27,478 bases of DNA from a virus (lineage: Duplodnaviria > Caudoviricetes), in IMG/VR virus record IMGVR_UViG_3300037484_001226, positions 1-27,478 of that record. One strand, 5' to 3'. Below are positions 9,233 to 18,663 of this stretch, in pieces. How positions within the stretch are numbered: the first letter of the stretch is position 1; every line of letters begins with the position of its first letter. The position numbers were made by a program, and so were the translations under genes. Below the pieces are notes generated by a model that saw only the letters and a program-made list of their open reading frames with translations, had not been told where the DNA came from and made no database searches.

Positions 9233-9423
9233 CAGAACCTCACCAAGGGCAAGAGGAAGAGGGGCACCCAGGAGTAACGGTACCCAGCACGGTAACGGGT
9301 GGGCACGTGGTCAGCCAAGGGTTCGGGGACTTCACCCAGCACCGCGTGGTAAGCAGTGATGTAGCCGCCCGTCAGCAAGCGGGGGCCACCACGATACCTG
9401 ATGGATCGCGTGCCCCACATCAC
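9232..9423 (-). CDS. Hypothetical protein
   Basis: 63 aa; overlaps both neighbours at their stop/start codons. Confidence 0.45.
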   Translation of the reverse strand: MMWGTRSIRYRGGPRLLTGGYITAYHAVLGEVPEPLADHVPTRYRAGYRYSWVPLFLLPLVRF

Positions 9424-9677
9424 GAGAGCACCTCACGAACAGCGAGCTCGATGGCCAAGGCAAGATCGCGACGCGCGATGGTTGGGTGGTGTTGGATCAT
9501 CGCCTTCATCGCCTGCGCCCGCTTGTAGCTCGAGGTGTGCGGGATCGCTTCGCACGCGGCGACGATCACCTTTGCAGCAGCGAGCAGGGCTGGGTCAACG
9601 AGCGGTGGCACCGCCTCGGGCGGATCGAGCCAATCAGCCAGCCACCGCAGCCATCGGGCGACAAGGAGGCGCATCAC
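9420..9677 (-). CDS. Hypothetical protein
   Basis: 85 aa, helical; stop/start overlaps with both neighbours. Confidence 0.6.
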   Translation of the reverse strand: MMRLLVARWLRWLADWLDPPEAVPPLVDPALLAAAKVIVAACEAIPHTSSYKRAQAMKAMIQHHPTIARRDLALAIELAVREVLS

Positions 9678-11350
9678 GCCACCTCCGTCTTGATGTGGAT
9701 CACGGTGTCGTCTGCAGCCGCTGCAGTGAAGCGCAGGGTGATTACATCTCCGTTGAGATCCGTGGCGGCCAAGGCGATCTTGTAGATCCCGTTCGCGATT
9801 TCAACCGGGGCGTTGGCGCAGGCGGCAAAGGCCGCGCCATCGAGGCTGCGCGTGGCAGTCACGGTCAGGCCCGTCTTGCCTGAGACATGATCCGTAGAAT
9901 CCGCCATGAAGAACGTGAAGTTCGCGAGCGCGGTGTTCTTCGCAATGCCCTCCGGGAGGTTGTCGGTTTTCGCCTTGATCGCCGCGATCTCCGTATCGAC
10001 TGCGGCGAGGATCGCAGCGACTTCAGTGTCGAGGAAGTCATCCACCGTCGCGAGCGCCGCGGCCGTCGCCAGGGCTGAGGCCGTGATCGCGTCCTGCGCC
10101 TCAGACTGCACTTCCGCGTCCCAAGCCGCGTTCCAGGGGACGGCGGTGAGGCCTGCACCGGCCGCACCCACCCGAGCGAAGCTGTCCCCGGTTTGAGGCT
10201 GAATCACGCCAGGGATCCGTGTGTCGTGCAGCGTGTCGAGCTTGGCCTGCTTGGCGAGCGTAGCGGAGGCTTCGATCTCGGCAAGCGTCGGGTGCGACTG
10301 GGACTCCGTGAGAATCGCATCGACGACAGTATCGACCGTCGCGATGGGCGCGTTGATGTTGTCGCCCAAGATCTTGCCCGCCGTGCCAGCTCCGTAGGCC
10401 CCTGGAATCGGGGTGCTCCACGGATCGCCGGCCGCACCAGCATCGTCGAGAGCCGCACCGGTCGAGCCTGCACCAAGGTGGCCTGCGAGGGCTTCATCCC
10501 ACACCGCGTCCGCGATCCCAGCCTCGGTCAGTGCCGACCCACCGGCGTTGTCCGCGATCTCCTTGACTGGAGAGCCCGCGACTGCACTCGCGTAGGTTGT
10601 TCCACTGTTCGTGTTGAAGAGGTCTGCCAACGCCGTCGCTTGAATCTCGTCCACGCTCACGTTGGCGACCGCTGCCGAGAGCTCTGCGTTCGTTGGAAGA
10701 TCACCCAGTTGCGTATCGAGGTTTGCCGTTGCGAGCCCTACCGCGCTGCGCACGCCCGCGGCATCGAGGTCAGTGAAGCCGGTCACGCCGACGCCCTTCG
10801 CCAACGCGATGTTCGTCCCCGCCGTCAGCACGCGCGTCGCGTACTCCCAGACCTGTTGCGCGGTCAGTGTCGAGCGCGAGGAGATCGCCGCATCGAGCCG
10901 CGCGTCCAGATCCAGTGCGCCGGCATCGGAGATCGGCAACCCACCCGCTGCGTCCGCCGCGGCATTCGGGAGCGCGGTCAGCCCGAGACGTACCGAGTCG
11001 AAGGGATCACAGGCGACGAGCTGCACGTAGCAGCCGATCACCACCATACCTGTCGCAACACCCCCGATGAGCACGCCCGCCGCGCCCGCGACGCACGCCG
11101 CATCCGGCAGATCCACACGCACGTACCCATCCGAGATGTGCTTGATGCCGCCGTCCGCGTGCGCAGAATCCAGCGCGGCGAGGGTGACCTCCGTGATCGC
11201 CACGCGCAGCCCGCCTTCGCGGCGGTACCACATGTCGATCCCGGCGGTGTCATAGGCGAACCCGGTCTCAGGCGTGCCGTCCGTGCTGTCGATCACGCGC
11301 ACGACCACGCTGATGTCCGCGGTCCCGGCCTTGCGCTGGTAGGTGATCAT
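9674..11350 (-). CDS. Ala/Asp-rich fibrous virion protein with related N- and C-terminal domains
   Basis: 558 aa; repeats AQQVWEY/IADAVWDE and ATVDTVVDAIL/ATVDDFLDTEVAAIL; lies in the structural module. Confidence 0.65.
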   Translation of the reverse strand: MITYQRKAGTADISVVVRVIDSTDGTPETGFAYDTAGIDMWYRREGGLRVAITEVTLAALDSAHADGGIKHISDGYVRVDLPDAACVAGAAGVLIGGVATGMVVIGCYVQLVACDPFDSVRLGLTALPNAAADAAGGLPISDAGALDLDARLDAAISSRSTLTAQQVWEYATRVLTAGTNIALAKGVGVTGFTDLDAAGVRSAVGLATANLDTQLGDLPTNAELSAAVANVSVDEIQATALADLFNTNSGTTYASAVAGSPVKEIADNAGGSALTEAGIADAVWDEALAGHLGAGSTGAALDDAGAAGDPWSTPIPGAYGAGTAGKILGDNINAPIATVDTVVDAILTESQSHPTLAEIEASATLAKQAKLDTLHDTRIPGVIQPQTGDSFARVGAAGAGLTAVPWNAAWDAEVQSEAQDAITASALATAAALATVDDFLDTEVAAILAAVDTEIAAIKAKTDNLPEGIAKNTALANFTFFMADSTDHVSGKTGLTVTATRSLDGAAFAACANAPVEIANGIYKIALAATDLNGDVITLRFTAAAADDTVIHIKTEVA

Positions 11351-11353
11351 CGG

Positions 11354-12043
11354 TTATCCCTCATGGTGCATCAGCATCTGGCGTAGGATCGAGGTGGCCC
11401 CACCCGCTTCAGAAAATGACGCGGAGACGACGGTATAGACCTCGGACTCCGAGTAGTCGTGCTGGTGCGTCACATCGCCGCTGCCGGCCGGGATGCTGTA
11501 GGCGGAGACCATGCAGTTTCCGCCTGAGTCCCATGCCTGCAGGAGCGTGCAGTCGATGACCGAAGGGGATGCGAGCGCGTTGGCCGCAGAGACCGAGCCG
11601 CTGAGCACGAATTCATTCGTGCCCGCTTGCGTAGACGTGATCGGCACCGGGTCGCCAGTGCCGGAGCCCGTACTGGTGTCGTCGAGCGAGACGGTCGCGC
11701 TCGCATCCGCGCCACCCGAGACGACCAGTCCCGTGCGCGCAGTCTCTGCGATGTAGCTAACGACGATGTTCTTCGTGCCGTTGTTCGGGGGATTGACGAG
11801 ATAGAAGATCGCGGCATGACGCGACGTGACGCCGCCACGGAACTGCACAGCCTGCGTCATCGCCTGGCCATCCCAGGTGATGCCGGTGATAAGCCCGTCG
11901 CTGCTGTAGGCAGTGTTCAGGAGGACGAGGACGAACCCGATGCTGTAGGCCGCCATTGAGGGAACGACGACACTGGCGGTGTCAGCACTGCCTCCTGGGT
12001 TCGTGAACTGGTCCTGCTCGGACCATATATTGGAGAACGACAT
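11354..12043 (-). CDS. Ser/Thr-rich beta-sandwich protein, putative virion accessory
   Basis: 229 aa, apparently two related halves; ends just before the next start. Confidence 0.6.
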   Translation of the reverse strand: MSFSNIWSEQDQFTNPGGSADTASVVVPSMAAYSIGFVLVLLNTAYSSDGLITGITWDGQAMTQAVQFRGGVTSRHAAIFYLVNPPNNGTKNIVVSYIAETARTGLVVSGGADASATVSLDDTSTGSGTGDPVPITSTQAGTNEFVLSGSVSAANALASPSVIDCTLLQAWDSGGNCMVSAYSIPAGSGDVTHQHDYSESEVYTVVSASFSEAGGATSILRQMLMHHEG

Positions 12044-12076
12044 CGTTTACCCACGCGAATGAGAACCCCTGATCAC

Positions 12077-12283
12077 TCACCGCCCATACCAAAAGGTCTC
12101 GCCCGGCATCTTGAACGAGGGCTTCTTCGCGATCGTGCCATCGCGATGCACCTCGGGCAGCCCTCCACCATCCCGCCCTGGGCAGTTGCCTGGCAGGTTG
12201 GGCTCGGAGGTCGCCCCGCCCTTTGACGGCGAAGTCGGCACCTTCTTTACGATGGCGTCTGAAAACGGCGTTTTGATTCCCAT
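12077..12283 (-). CDS. Small Pro/Gly-rich protein (GIKTPF motif)
   Basis: Start reassigned to ATG 12283 with GGAG upstream; 68 aa, MGIKTPFSDAIVKKV... Confidence 0.6.
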   Translation of the reverse strand: MGIKTPFSDAIVKKVPTSPSKGGATSEPNLPGNCPGRDGGGLPEVHRDGTIAKKPSFKMPGETFWYGR

Positions 12284-12297
12284 GGGAGAAAGCTCCA

Positions 12298-13215
12298 TCA
12301 GAAAGCGTGGTTCTGCATGAACGCGGCATCGATCGGCGCGGAGGGCCAGCTTGCCCAATCCACCGTCGTGAGCCAGGTCATGAAGGTTTCCTCGTCCTGG
12401 CGCTCGAGGTTCTCGAGCATGTCGCGCGCTTCCGCTTCAAAAGAGCGCGCGAGCTCAAGGGCATGCTCGAACATCGGGTTGGGCGTGGCCGCAGTGCCTG
12501 GCCAGCGGGCCAGGTCCGCCAACGCCCCTCTCACGATCTCCGCCCCTGTGAGGGGGTAGAACGGCTCGTCATCATCAGCAGCGAGATCCGCCACCTGCTT
12601 GATGTAGTAGAAGGGGTAGTTGCTGGCGATGGTGCAGTAAGGCCACAGCTCGTACTGCGGACGCCTGGTGGTTGAAGAGAAGCGTCGATCGACAAGCGCC
12701 CACGGCGTGCCCGCTGAAGAACGCCCTGGATCAAGGAGCGCGAGCTCCTGCTGCGTCACCCAATGCTGCAAGCGCCAGCTGCGCCTGGGGTCGAGCACCA
12801 CCATGAAGGATCGAAAATCGGAAGGGACCGTCACGTAGGCGTCGAGGATCCGGTAGAGTCCTGTGCCTGAATCCCCTCCAAACGGGCGATCCAAGGTCAG
12901 CGCCAAAGGGCCTTCGACTGAAAGGATGGTGTAGATTGGCGCGCGGCTGTTCGCCTGAAATTGCCGCCCGACTTCGGCAGAGGTCCACCCCGTTTCGATC
13001 CCCACGACCAACGGGGAGCCCCGCGTCATCGTTGCGGTGCCCGCCGTGGTGGCAGCGTTGGGCAGGAACTCCCCTTCTGCACGCAGCGCTCCCCAGGGGC
13101 GCAGATCCGCCAGGCGGCGATAGCGATCCCGGACAAAACGTTGCGCAAGAAAGGGGGGCAGCTCCGGCACCCAGAGCTGGAGCTGCCTCGTCATCTGCGC
13201 GAAGGTGTCAGCCAC
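12298..13215 (-). CDS. Head-tail adaptor-like protein with inserted beta domain (paralogue 1)
   Basis: 305 aa; TFAQM..QL, VPSDF, GTPWA, YELWP; insertion TAGTATMTRGS...LTLDRPFGG. Confidence 0.6.
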   Translation of the reverse strand: MADTFAQMTRQLQLWVPELPPFLAQRFVRDRYRRLADLRPWGALRAEGEFLPNAATTAGTATMTRGSPLVVGIETGWTSAEVGRQFQANSRAPIYTILSVEGPLALTLDRPFGGDSGTGLYRILDAYVTVPSDFRSFMVVLDPRRSWRLQHWVTQQELALLDPGRSSAGTPWALVDRRFSSTTRRPQYELWPYCTIASNYPFYYIKQVADLAADDDEPFYPLTGAEIVRGALADLARWPGTAATPNPMFEHALELARSFEAEARDMLENLERQDEETFMTWLTTVDWASWPSAPIDAAFMQNHAF

Positions 13216-13230
13216 GCCACGCCTCGCGCG

Positions 13231-13554
13231 TCACGCGCCGACCGCGTGCACGTGCACGTCGGTCAACGCGCCAAGGTTCGTGGTGTCGGCAACCTGAGCC
13301 AGCGGCCCATCAGCCCCGGCATCATTGTCGCCAACGAACGCCATCAGCTTCTGCGCCGAGTAGTCGAACTGAAACACGTAGCCGCTCTTGGGATCGGCCT
13401 CGAGGCGATCGATGACGCCCAACCCCAGGTTGGCAGGCGTCAGCGCCTCCCCTCCTGTCGGGTAAGACGCATCGAACGCGACGAGCGCATCCACCGCGCG
13501 TCGATCCCCAAGCGAGTGCATCCAGTCTCCAGCGAGCGTGATCGTCAAAGCCAT
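13231..13554 (-). CDS. Small virion (decoration-like) protein
   Basis: SD GAGGAGG favours ATG 13554; 107 aa with a SYPTGGE motif; two genes downstream of the capsid. Confidence 0.6.
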   Translation of the reverse strand: MALTITLAGDWMHSLGDRRAVDALVAFDASYPTGGEALTPANLGLGVIDRLEADPKSGYVFQFDYSAQKLMAFVGDNDAGADGPLAQVADTTNLGALTDVHVHAVGA

Positions 13555-13568
13555 GATGATCACCCTCC

Positions 13569-14087
13569 TCAGAGCATGATGCCGAGCAGCCAGTACATGT
13601 CCGCCGAAGTGGTCGCACCATCCGCGGTGTAGAACACCCCGACAGGGAGGAAGTACGGCGCCGCTGCGCCGGTGACGCCAGCGAAGGTGAGGTCCGTCGT
13701 GGTGCCGATCGCCAGGTCGCCTGCGTCAGCGTTGGTGTCCGTGATGACCGTCTGCTTCCCGCCAATCTGGATGAAGCAGTAACAGCCATCCGTCACAACG
13801 CCAAGGAAGCCGCCAGCCACGCTGGCAATCGCGGCCTGCGCATTCGTCTGATCCGAGGTCACGACGAAGTTGGCTCGGTCACTCCAGTGGGCGGCACCGC
13901 CCGCTGCCGACGCGACGTTGCCCGCGCCGTTGTCGAACTTGACCAGGCGGTAGACCTTGCCCTCGCTCTCCACCACCATCCCAAGCTGCCCTGCCATGGG
14001 CAGCGCAGCCTCGTTGAAGGTGGCGAAGGCCCCGAGCGGCCCGAGGTGCACCGTCTGAACCGGGAAGAAACGACCGAAAGCAGACAT
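13569..14087 (-). CDS. Capsid cement/decoration protein (putative)
   Basis: 172 aa with SD AAGGAG, directly after the major capsid gene; GKVYRLVK and YCFIQIGG motifs. Confidence 0.6.
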   Translation of the reverse strand: MSAFGRFFPVQTVHLGPLGAFATFNEAALPMAGQLGMVVESEGKVYRLVKFDNGAGNVASAAGGAAHWSDRANFVVTSDQTNAQAAIASVAGGFLGVVTDGCYCFIQIGGKQTVITDTNADAGDLAIGTTTDLTFAGVTGAAAPYFLPVGVFYTADGATTSADMYWLLGIML

Positions 14088-14105
14088 GGGTAAGCTCCTT
14101 CAGAA

Positions 14106-14126
14106 GGGGTCCCAGGGTGGGACCCC
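14106..14126. promoter_or_regulatory. Perfect hairpin between capsid and cement genes
   Basis: GGGGTCCCA-GGG-TGGGACCCC, a 9-bp stem just after the capsid stop; no strong U tract. Confidence 0.55.
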
Positions 14127-14131
14127 AAGGT

Positions 14132-15160
14132 TCAGCCGGTGATCCCGTAGTGGTGACGGCTCAGACGCGGCGCCTGGCAGGTGATGTTGCCGGCGTAGAA
14201 GTACTGCCCGGCCACCATGCTGTTGTTCTGCGCCGGCTTGAAGCCGCTGAACCCGAAGCCGAACTCGGGGTCATCCGTGACCCAGAACCGGAAGTACTTC
14301 GTGTTCAGGAGGAAGAGGGTTTCGCCTGCGGCGGCCAGGTAGTTGCCCAGCACCGCGTCGTTGACGCCCTGGGTTCCAGGCGCGTACTGCGACTGGATGA
14401 TCCGCGCCCCGTTGAAGACCAGGCTGTTGAAGCCGATCTTCGGATCCTGGGTCTCCACGCGCCACTGGGGCTGGAACTTCTCCTTGATGTAGCTCATCCC
14501 CAGGTTCGTGGTGACGATCAGATCCGCGTGCTCCGCCCCGATCACGAGGGAGTTGTAGGCTTCCTCGAGGATCTTGTAGGTGATCGGCCCCGCCACGTTG
14601 GCCGCGGGTGCGGTCATGCGGCTGTTCATCGCCGCGCCGATGGTCCCGCCGCGTGGCAGCGTCCCATAGGTCGCGTAGAGCGCGCCCGTCCACGAGTTGA
14701 CCACCGCGTCGTTGAGGATCTCCGCGAGCCCGTTGATGTGCAGCGCACGCGCTGCGCTCTGCCCCTCGTTGTAGACCGCGATGGCGAGGATCGCGCTCAT
14801 CGTGAGGGCCGCGTTGACCATCTTGCTGTCCACGATCGAGAACACGGCTTCGGGACCCTTGTTGTAGACCTGGATCTGCTCCTTGAAGAGCGTGACGTTG
14901 ACCTGGTAGTGCTTCGGGTCGAACGTCGCCCCCGTGTCGGTCTGCCGCGCAAGCGTCTCGAAGGTGTCGCCCAGGGCGTAGGCGCCACCGCTCAGGTTCC
15001 CGTAGATGAAGTTCTCCTGGATTTTGCGGCCCCCAGAGAAGCGCTCGATCTGGTTGGCCTTGAGGTAGGCCAGGAGGGGATCGTTCTTGAAGTTGTTGTC
15101 CACGACACCCGGCACGATGTGCTCGCGCGTGTGCGTGGTGAGTTCGTCGAGGAAGGCCAT
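14132..15160 (-). CDS. Major capsid protein (HK97-fold, inferred)
   Basis: 342 aa; DNNFKNDPLLAYL, SGGRKIQ, INGLAEI, ADLIVT, GFNSLVFNG, FLLNTKY; follows the scaffold gene. Confidence 0.85.
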   Translation of the reverse strand: MAFLDELTTHTREHIVPGVVDNNFKNDPLLAYLKANQIERFSGGRKIQENFIYGNLSGGAYALGDTFETLARQTDTGATFDPKHYQVNVTLFKEQIQVYNKGPEAVFSIVDSKMVNAALTMSAILAIAVYNEGQSAARALHINGLAEILNDAVVNSWTGALYATYGTLPRGGTIGAAMNSRMTAPAANVAGPITYKILEEAYNSLVIGAEHADLIVTTNLGMSYIKEKFQPQWRVETQDPKIGFNSLVFNGARIIQSQYAPGTQGVNDAVLGNYLAAAGETLFLLNTKYFRFWVTDDPEFGFGFSGFKPAQNNSMVAGQYFYAGNITCQAPRLSRHHYGITG

Positions 15161-15202
15161 GGGGAGGTCTCCAACGGCCCCCTTGGGAAAGAGGGCGCGA
15201 GG

Positions 15203-15973
15203 TTACGAAGTGGAATGCGTGGGCGCACTGTTCCAGGCCGCGACGGCCGCCCTCACGCGCTCCCTCGAGTCACCCGGCACTTTCTGGGCGTTGTCGAGCG
15301 GGTGCGCTTCGGACGGGCCGGTTGAGAAAGGCAGGCGGTGCGTGGTGGCATATTCCCGCGCCCCTTCCTCCTTGGCTTTCTGGATGCGCTCGTCGGTATC
15401 CTTCTGCCGGCGCTCTTCCACACGGTCAGCGATGAACTCCCGGTAGGCAGAGTCGATCGGCAGCCCCCGTTCGCGGGCGAAGGCGATCAACTTGGTGGTG
15501 TCGAGGCGCTCGCCGAACTTGTCCTTGTGATCGAACTTGAGGTCGGTGAGCGTGTCAGCGAACTGGATCGCCAGCGCATCGCGCTGGGCCAGGGCTGCCT
15601 CGTACTCCTGTTTGGTCAGGTAGTTCTGGTCGCGATGCACGGGCTCCTTGCCATCGAGGGCGCCAAAGGCTTCCTCGTAGGCCGTCACGCGCTCCTGCAA
15701 GGAGGCGTAGTCCTGCGTCGCGCCGGTATACCACTGCTGCCATCCGGTGATGTTCTGGCGGGCCTCCGCAACCTCGGCCTGGAATGCCTCACGCTCTGTG
15801 CGCAAGGTATCCGACTGGCGCGAGTAGTCAGCGCGGGCTAGCACACCTTCTCGGAGCTTGGCTCCTACCGTGTCTGACTTGAGGGTTTCCTCGACCATGG
15901 CACGCTTGTCGTCGGGGACGGCCGCGATCAGGTCGGCAAGAAACTGCTCGTACGCGTCGTTCTTCTTGGGCAT
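15203..15973 (-). CDS. Capsid scaffolding protein (putative)
   Basis: 256 aa, helical and charged, with an ADYSRQ motif; between portal and capsid. Confidence 0.7.
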   Translation of the reverse strand: MPKKNDAYEQFLADLIAAVPDDKRAMVEETLKSDTVGAKLREGVLARADYSRQSDTLRTEREAFQAEVAEARQNITGWQQWYTGATQDYASLQERVTAYEEAFGALDGKEPVHRDQNYLTKQEYEAALAQRDALAIQFADTLTDLKFDHKDKFGERLDTTKLIAFARERGLPIDSAYREFIADRVEERRQKDTDERIQKAKEEGAREYATTHRLPFSTGPSEAHPLDNAQKVPGDSRERVRAAVAAWNSAPTHSTS

Positions 15974-16049
15974 GGGACCTCAGGCTTCAGCGAGCTCCTG
16001 CTGCCTGGGAGGCAGCGCGAGAGCCTTGAAGGAGGGACGCGATGGTGGG

Positions 16050-16379
16050 TTAGAGGCGACCAGTACCAGTAGGAAAAGCCGCGTTGTCCTGCGGCTCCGG
16101 GTTGGTCGGGACCGCGCCCATCGCCAGCGCTTGTCCAAGCTGGGTACGAAGCTCCATGACCGTTTTTTCAACCCACGGTGCCATGACCGGGATCGCCTGC
16201 GCGAGGAGCTTCAGGGTTTGATCGATCTCCATCCCGAGCCGCACCGCGGCGCCCCCGATTTGGGAGGCACCAGCGGATGCTGCAGGGGGAGGGGCGCCCA
16301 CCATGGCGGGGTAGGTCGGCGCGCCGGGGCCTCCACCAGCGGGCGGGAGCGGAGGCGGGCCATCGAGGGTGACAGGCAT
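16050..16379 (-). CDS. Pro/Gly/Ala-rich hypothetical protein
   Basis: 109 aa with a helical core; between portal and scaffold. Confidence 0.65.
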   Translation of the reverse strand: MPVTLDGPPPLPPAGGGPGAPTYPAMVGAPPPAASAGASQIGGAAVRLGMEIDQTLKLLAQAIPVMAPWVEKTVMELRTQLGQALAMGAVPTNPEPQDNAAFPTGTGRL

Positions 16380-16383
16380 CGAG

Positions 16384-16473
16384 TTACCTCTTCGAGCCGA
16401 CCTTTTTGCTCACGGCGTCGGTGAAGGGCGTTTTGATCCCGCCCGTGGTCGTGGTTTTCTTGCTGTCAGCCAT
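16384..16473 (-). CDS. 29-aa micro-protein (GIKTPF motif; not in ORF track)
   Basis: MADSKKTTTTGGIKTPFTDAVSKKVGSKR; purine-rich SD GAGGAAGG; fits between its neighbours with 2-4 nt gaps. Confidence 0.6.
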   Translation of the reverse strand: MADSKKTTTTGGIKTPFTDAVSKKVGSKR

Positions 16474-16475
16474 GA

Positions 16476-16640
16476 TTACCTTCCTCTTGACGGGGAGCGG
16501 CCGTGCTCGTCGCGGGTGACAGGACGCGTCCCCTTGGAGCGGCGGGCGTTGAACAGGCGGGCGGCTTTGCCTTTGGCGGCTTTTGCGCTCATCCCGTTGC
16601 GGATGAACGCGTCACGCATGCGTTCGTAGGCGGCAGGCAT
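16476..16640 (-). CDS. 54-aa basic protein (not in ORF track)
   Basis: MPAAYERMRDAFIRNGMSAKAAKGKAARLFNARR...; SD GAGG upstream. Confidence 0.65.
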   Translation of the reverse strand: MPAAYERMRDAFIRNGMSAKAAKGKAARLFNARRSKGTRPVTRDEHGRSPSRGR

Positions 16641-16683
16641 CGCAAGGTCCTCATGTGAGCCTGGCGGCGAGAGACTGCACGTG

Positions 16684-18663
16684 TCAACCGCTCTCGCTCA
16701 TTGCCACGCGTGGGAGTCCGTTTTGATCCGGCTTCACGCTTTGGCTGGGAGACTCCTGCCCTGTGGCTTTGCGGCCTGCCGGTGAGACCTGGCCGGTGAG
16801 CCCCAGGAGCTGGGCCTCCATGAGGCGGTCCGTGATCGTCGTCGCGCCTGATGGCGGGGCACCCCCATTGGGGATTTCGAGGATCTCGAAGAGGGTCCAG
16901 GGGTCCATCAACCCCCCACGCCAGAGCTGCAGGTAAAGCAGCTTGCGCGAGAGTTGGCTGACCGCCAGGAGGCTGTTGGGAGTGATCTGGAAGGTGAAGT
17001 TCTTCTGATGACGCTTGGCGCGCTCGGCGCGCGTGGTCTTGTTGACATCGTAGGCGGGATCGTAGCCTTCGTCCTGGGAGGACAAAGAGGGCACCAACGT
17101 CCCCGGATCGAAATCGAAGTCCTGCATGTCGAGCCCGGCTTCGCCCAGGATCGCGATGCGCCGTGGCATGGTGTAGAACTGGAAGAAGCAGCTCTTCACC
17201 ATCTCCCCCACCTCGCGGAGGAAGGCCTCGAGCAGCCTCCCTCGAAGGCGAAGGATCGGGGTGAGCGCCTCCATCATCCGTTCGATCGAGTCCGCGGCAG
17301 GGGCCTGCTGGAGTTGGGTGAGGGCCGCCAGGTTGGCGGTGCCTGCCATGTTGTCCATCTCGGCAATCGCGAGCTTCAACAGCTCGAAGACGTAGGAGGG
17401 AAGCTCCGGCACCTGACCGAACTCGATGCCTTTCCCCGCGGTGGGATTCACCTTCAGCTTCATGCCCGCGATGCGCGTGTCGAGGCGCTGCCAGATGCTC
17501 TCGGGCACCGCGCGCTTGTCGGCGATCATCGGGGGGCGCAGGGCCTGCCGGGCTTTGTCGAGGATCCCATTGAGGAGTTCGTTCAGCGCATCCTGGATCG
17601 GGATCAGGTCATGGGCGATCCCTGTGCCCAACAGCGCCCACGGCCAGGGATCCAGGCACAGCCTGGCAATGGGGAACATCCCGTGCCAGTACGGGTTCGG
17701 TCCATCGTAGAGGAGCTTTTTCTTGGAGCAGATGATCAGGCGCCCGTTGGGGTAGAGCTTGGCGTCATCGGCGGTGGCTTTCGTCCCATCGGGTTTGTCA
17801 TGGCCCAACGGATACACCGTGTAGCTCCAGGTGGTGCGGGGGTCCCCCATCGCCAACGGCTCAGTGCCCGCGTAAAGGCGACGATCCTTGAGGTGCACCT
17901 CGTACACGTCAACGACCGGGATGCGCGCGGGGATGTTCTTGGCCCCTTGTGTGAGATGATCGACCGGGGTCATCACCTTGGTCACCAAGCGACGCGCGGC
18001 ACCCCAGGTGCGCGAAAGGAGGGTCTCATCGGTGCGATCCGCGACCAGGGAGGCTGCCGCCTCCGGGAACCGGGCGCGGACATCGTTGACCGTGCGCGCC
18101 TTGCGCACGATCACGCCCTCCCACTCCTGAATGGAACGCCCGAAGGTCGGGCGGATCGGGATGACATCCCGTGGATCCACCGCGGTCAGGGTGATGTCGC
18201 CCACCCCACTGGCCGCGGAGGCATCCCAGTGCACCTCACAGTAGCCTGTGCCCACCCCCGCCGAGAACTTCAAGACATCCGCGAGCGACAGGTCCGCGAA
18301 GGAGTTGACCCACCAGGACCGCGCCAGCTTGTCGAGCACCTCGTTCTGGTTCTGGAATTGGGGGTTGAAGGTCTTGAAGCCGAAGAGCGGGTGCACATCG
18401 GTGAGCCCCGCGATGTTCTGAAGGGTCACGTGCTTCAGGCGGTTATCGACCACTCTCGAGAGATCTGCGGGCCGTCGCGTGTCCAGCTGATCCCCCATCA
18501 AGTAGGCAATCGCCTTGTCGATTTCCGCGTAGGCAGGTTCTGCCTGCAGCACCTTCTCACCCTCGATCACCGCGGCTTGGACCCAATCGAGGACCGCGCG
18601 CTCGTAGGCTGCGCTTGGAGACTCATTTGTCAAAAGAGGGCTGCTCGGGATGTCGTCGATCAT
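16684..18663 (-). CDS. Portal protein
   Basis: 659 aa; GTGYCEVHWD, VDPRDV, PYWHGMFP, DLIPIQDALN motifs; between terminase and scaffold. Confidence 0.85.
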   Translation of the reverse strand: MIDDIPSSPLLTNESPSAAYERAVLDWVQAAVIEGEKVLQAEPAYAEIDKAIAYLMGDQLDTRRPADLSRVVDNRLKHVTLQNIAGLTDVHPLFGFKTFNPQFQNQNEVLDKLARSWWVNSFADLSLADVLKFSAGVGTGYCEVHWDASAASGVGDITLTAVDPRDVIPIRPTFGRSIQEWEGVIVRKARTVNDVRARFPEAAASLVADRTDETLLSRTWGAARRLVTKVMTPVDHLTQGAKNIPARIPVVDVYEVHLKDRRLYAGTEPLAMGDPRTTWSYTVYPLGHDKPDGTKATADDAKLYPNGRLIICSKKKLLYDGPNPYWHGMFPIARLCLDPWPWALLGTGIAHDLIPIQDALNELLNGILDKARQALRPPMIADKRAVPESIWQRLDTRIAGMKLKVNPTAGKGIEFGQVPELPSYVFELLKLAIAEMDNMAGTANLAALTQLQQAPAADSIERMMEALTPILRLRGRLLEAFLREVGEMVKSCFFQFYTMPRRIAILGEAGLDMQDFDFDPGTLVPSLSSQDEGYDPAYDVNKTTRAERAKRHQKNFTFQITPNSLLAVSQLSRKLLYLQLWRGGLMDPWTLFEILEIPNGGAPPSGATTITDRLMEAQLLGLTGQVSPAGRKATGQESPSQSVKPDQNGLPRVAMSESG

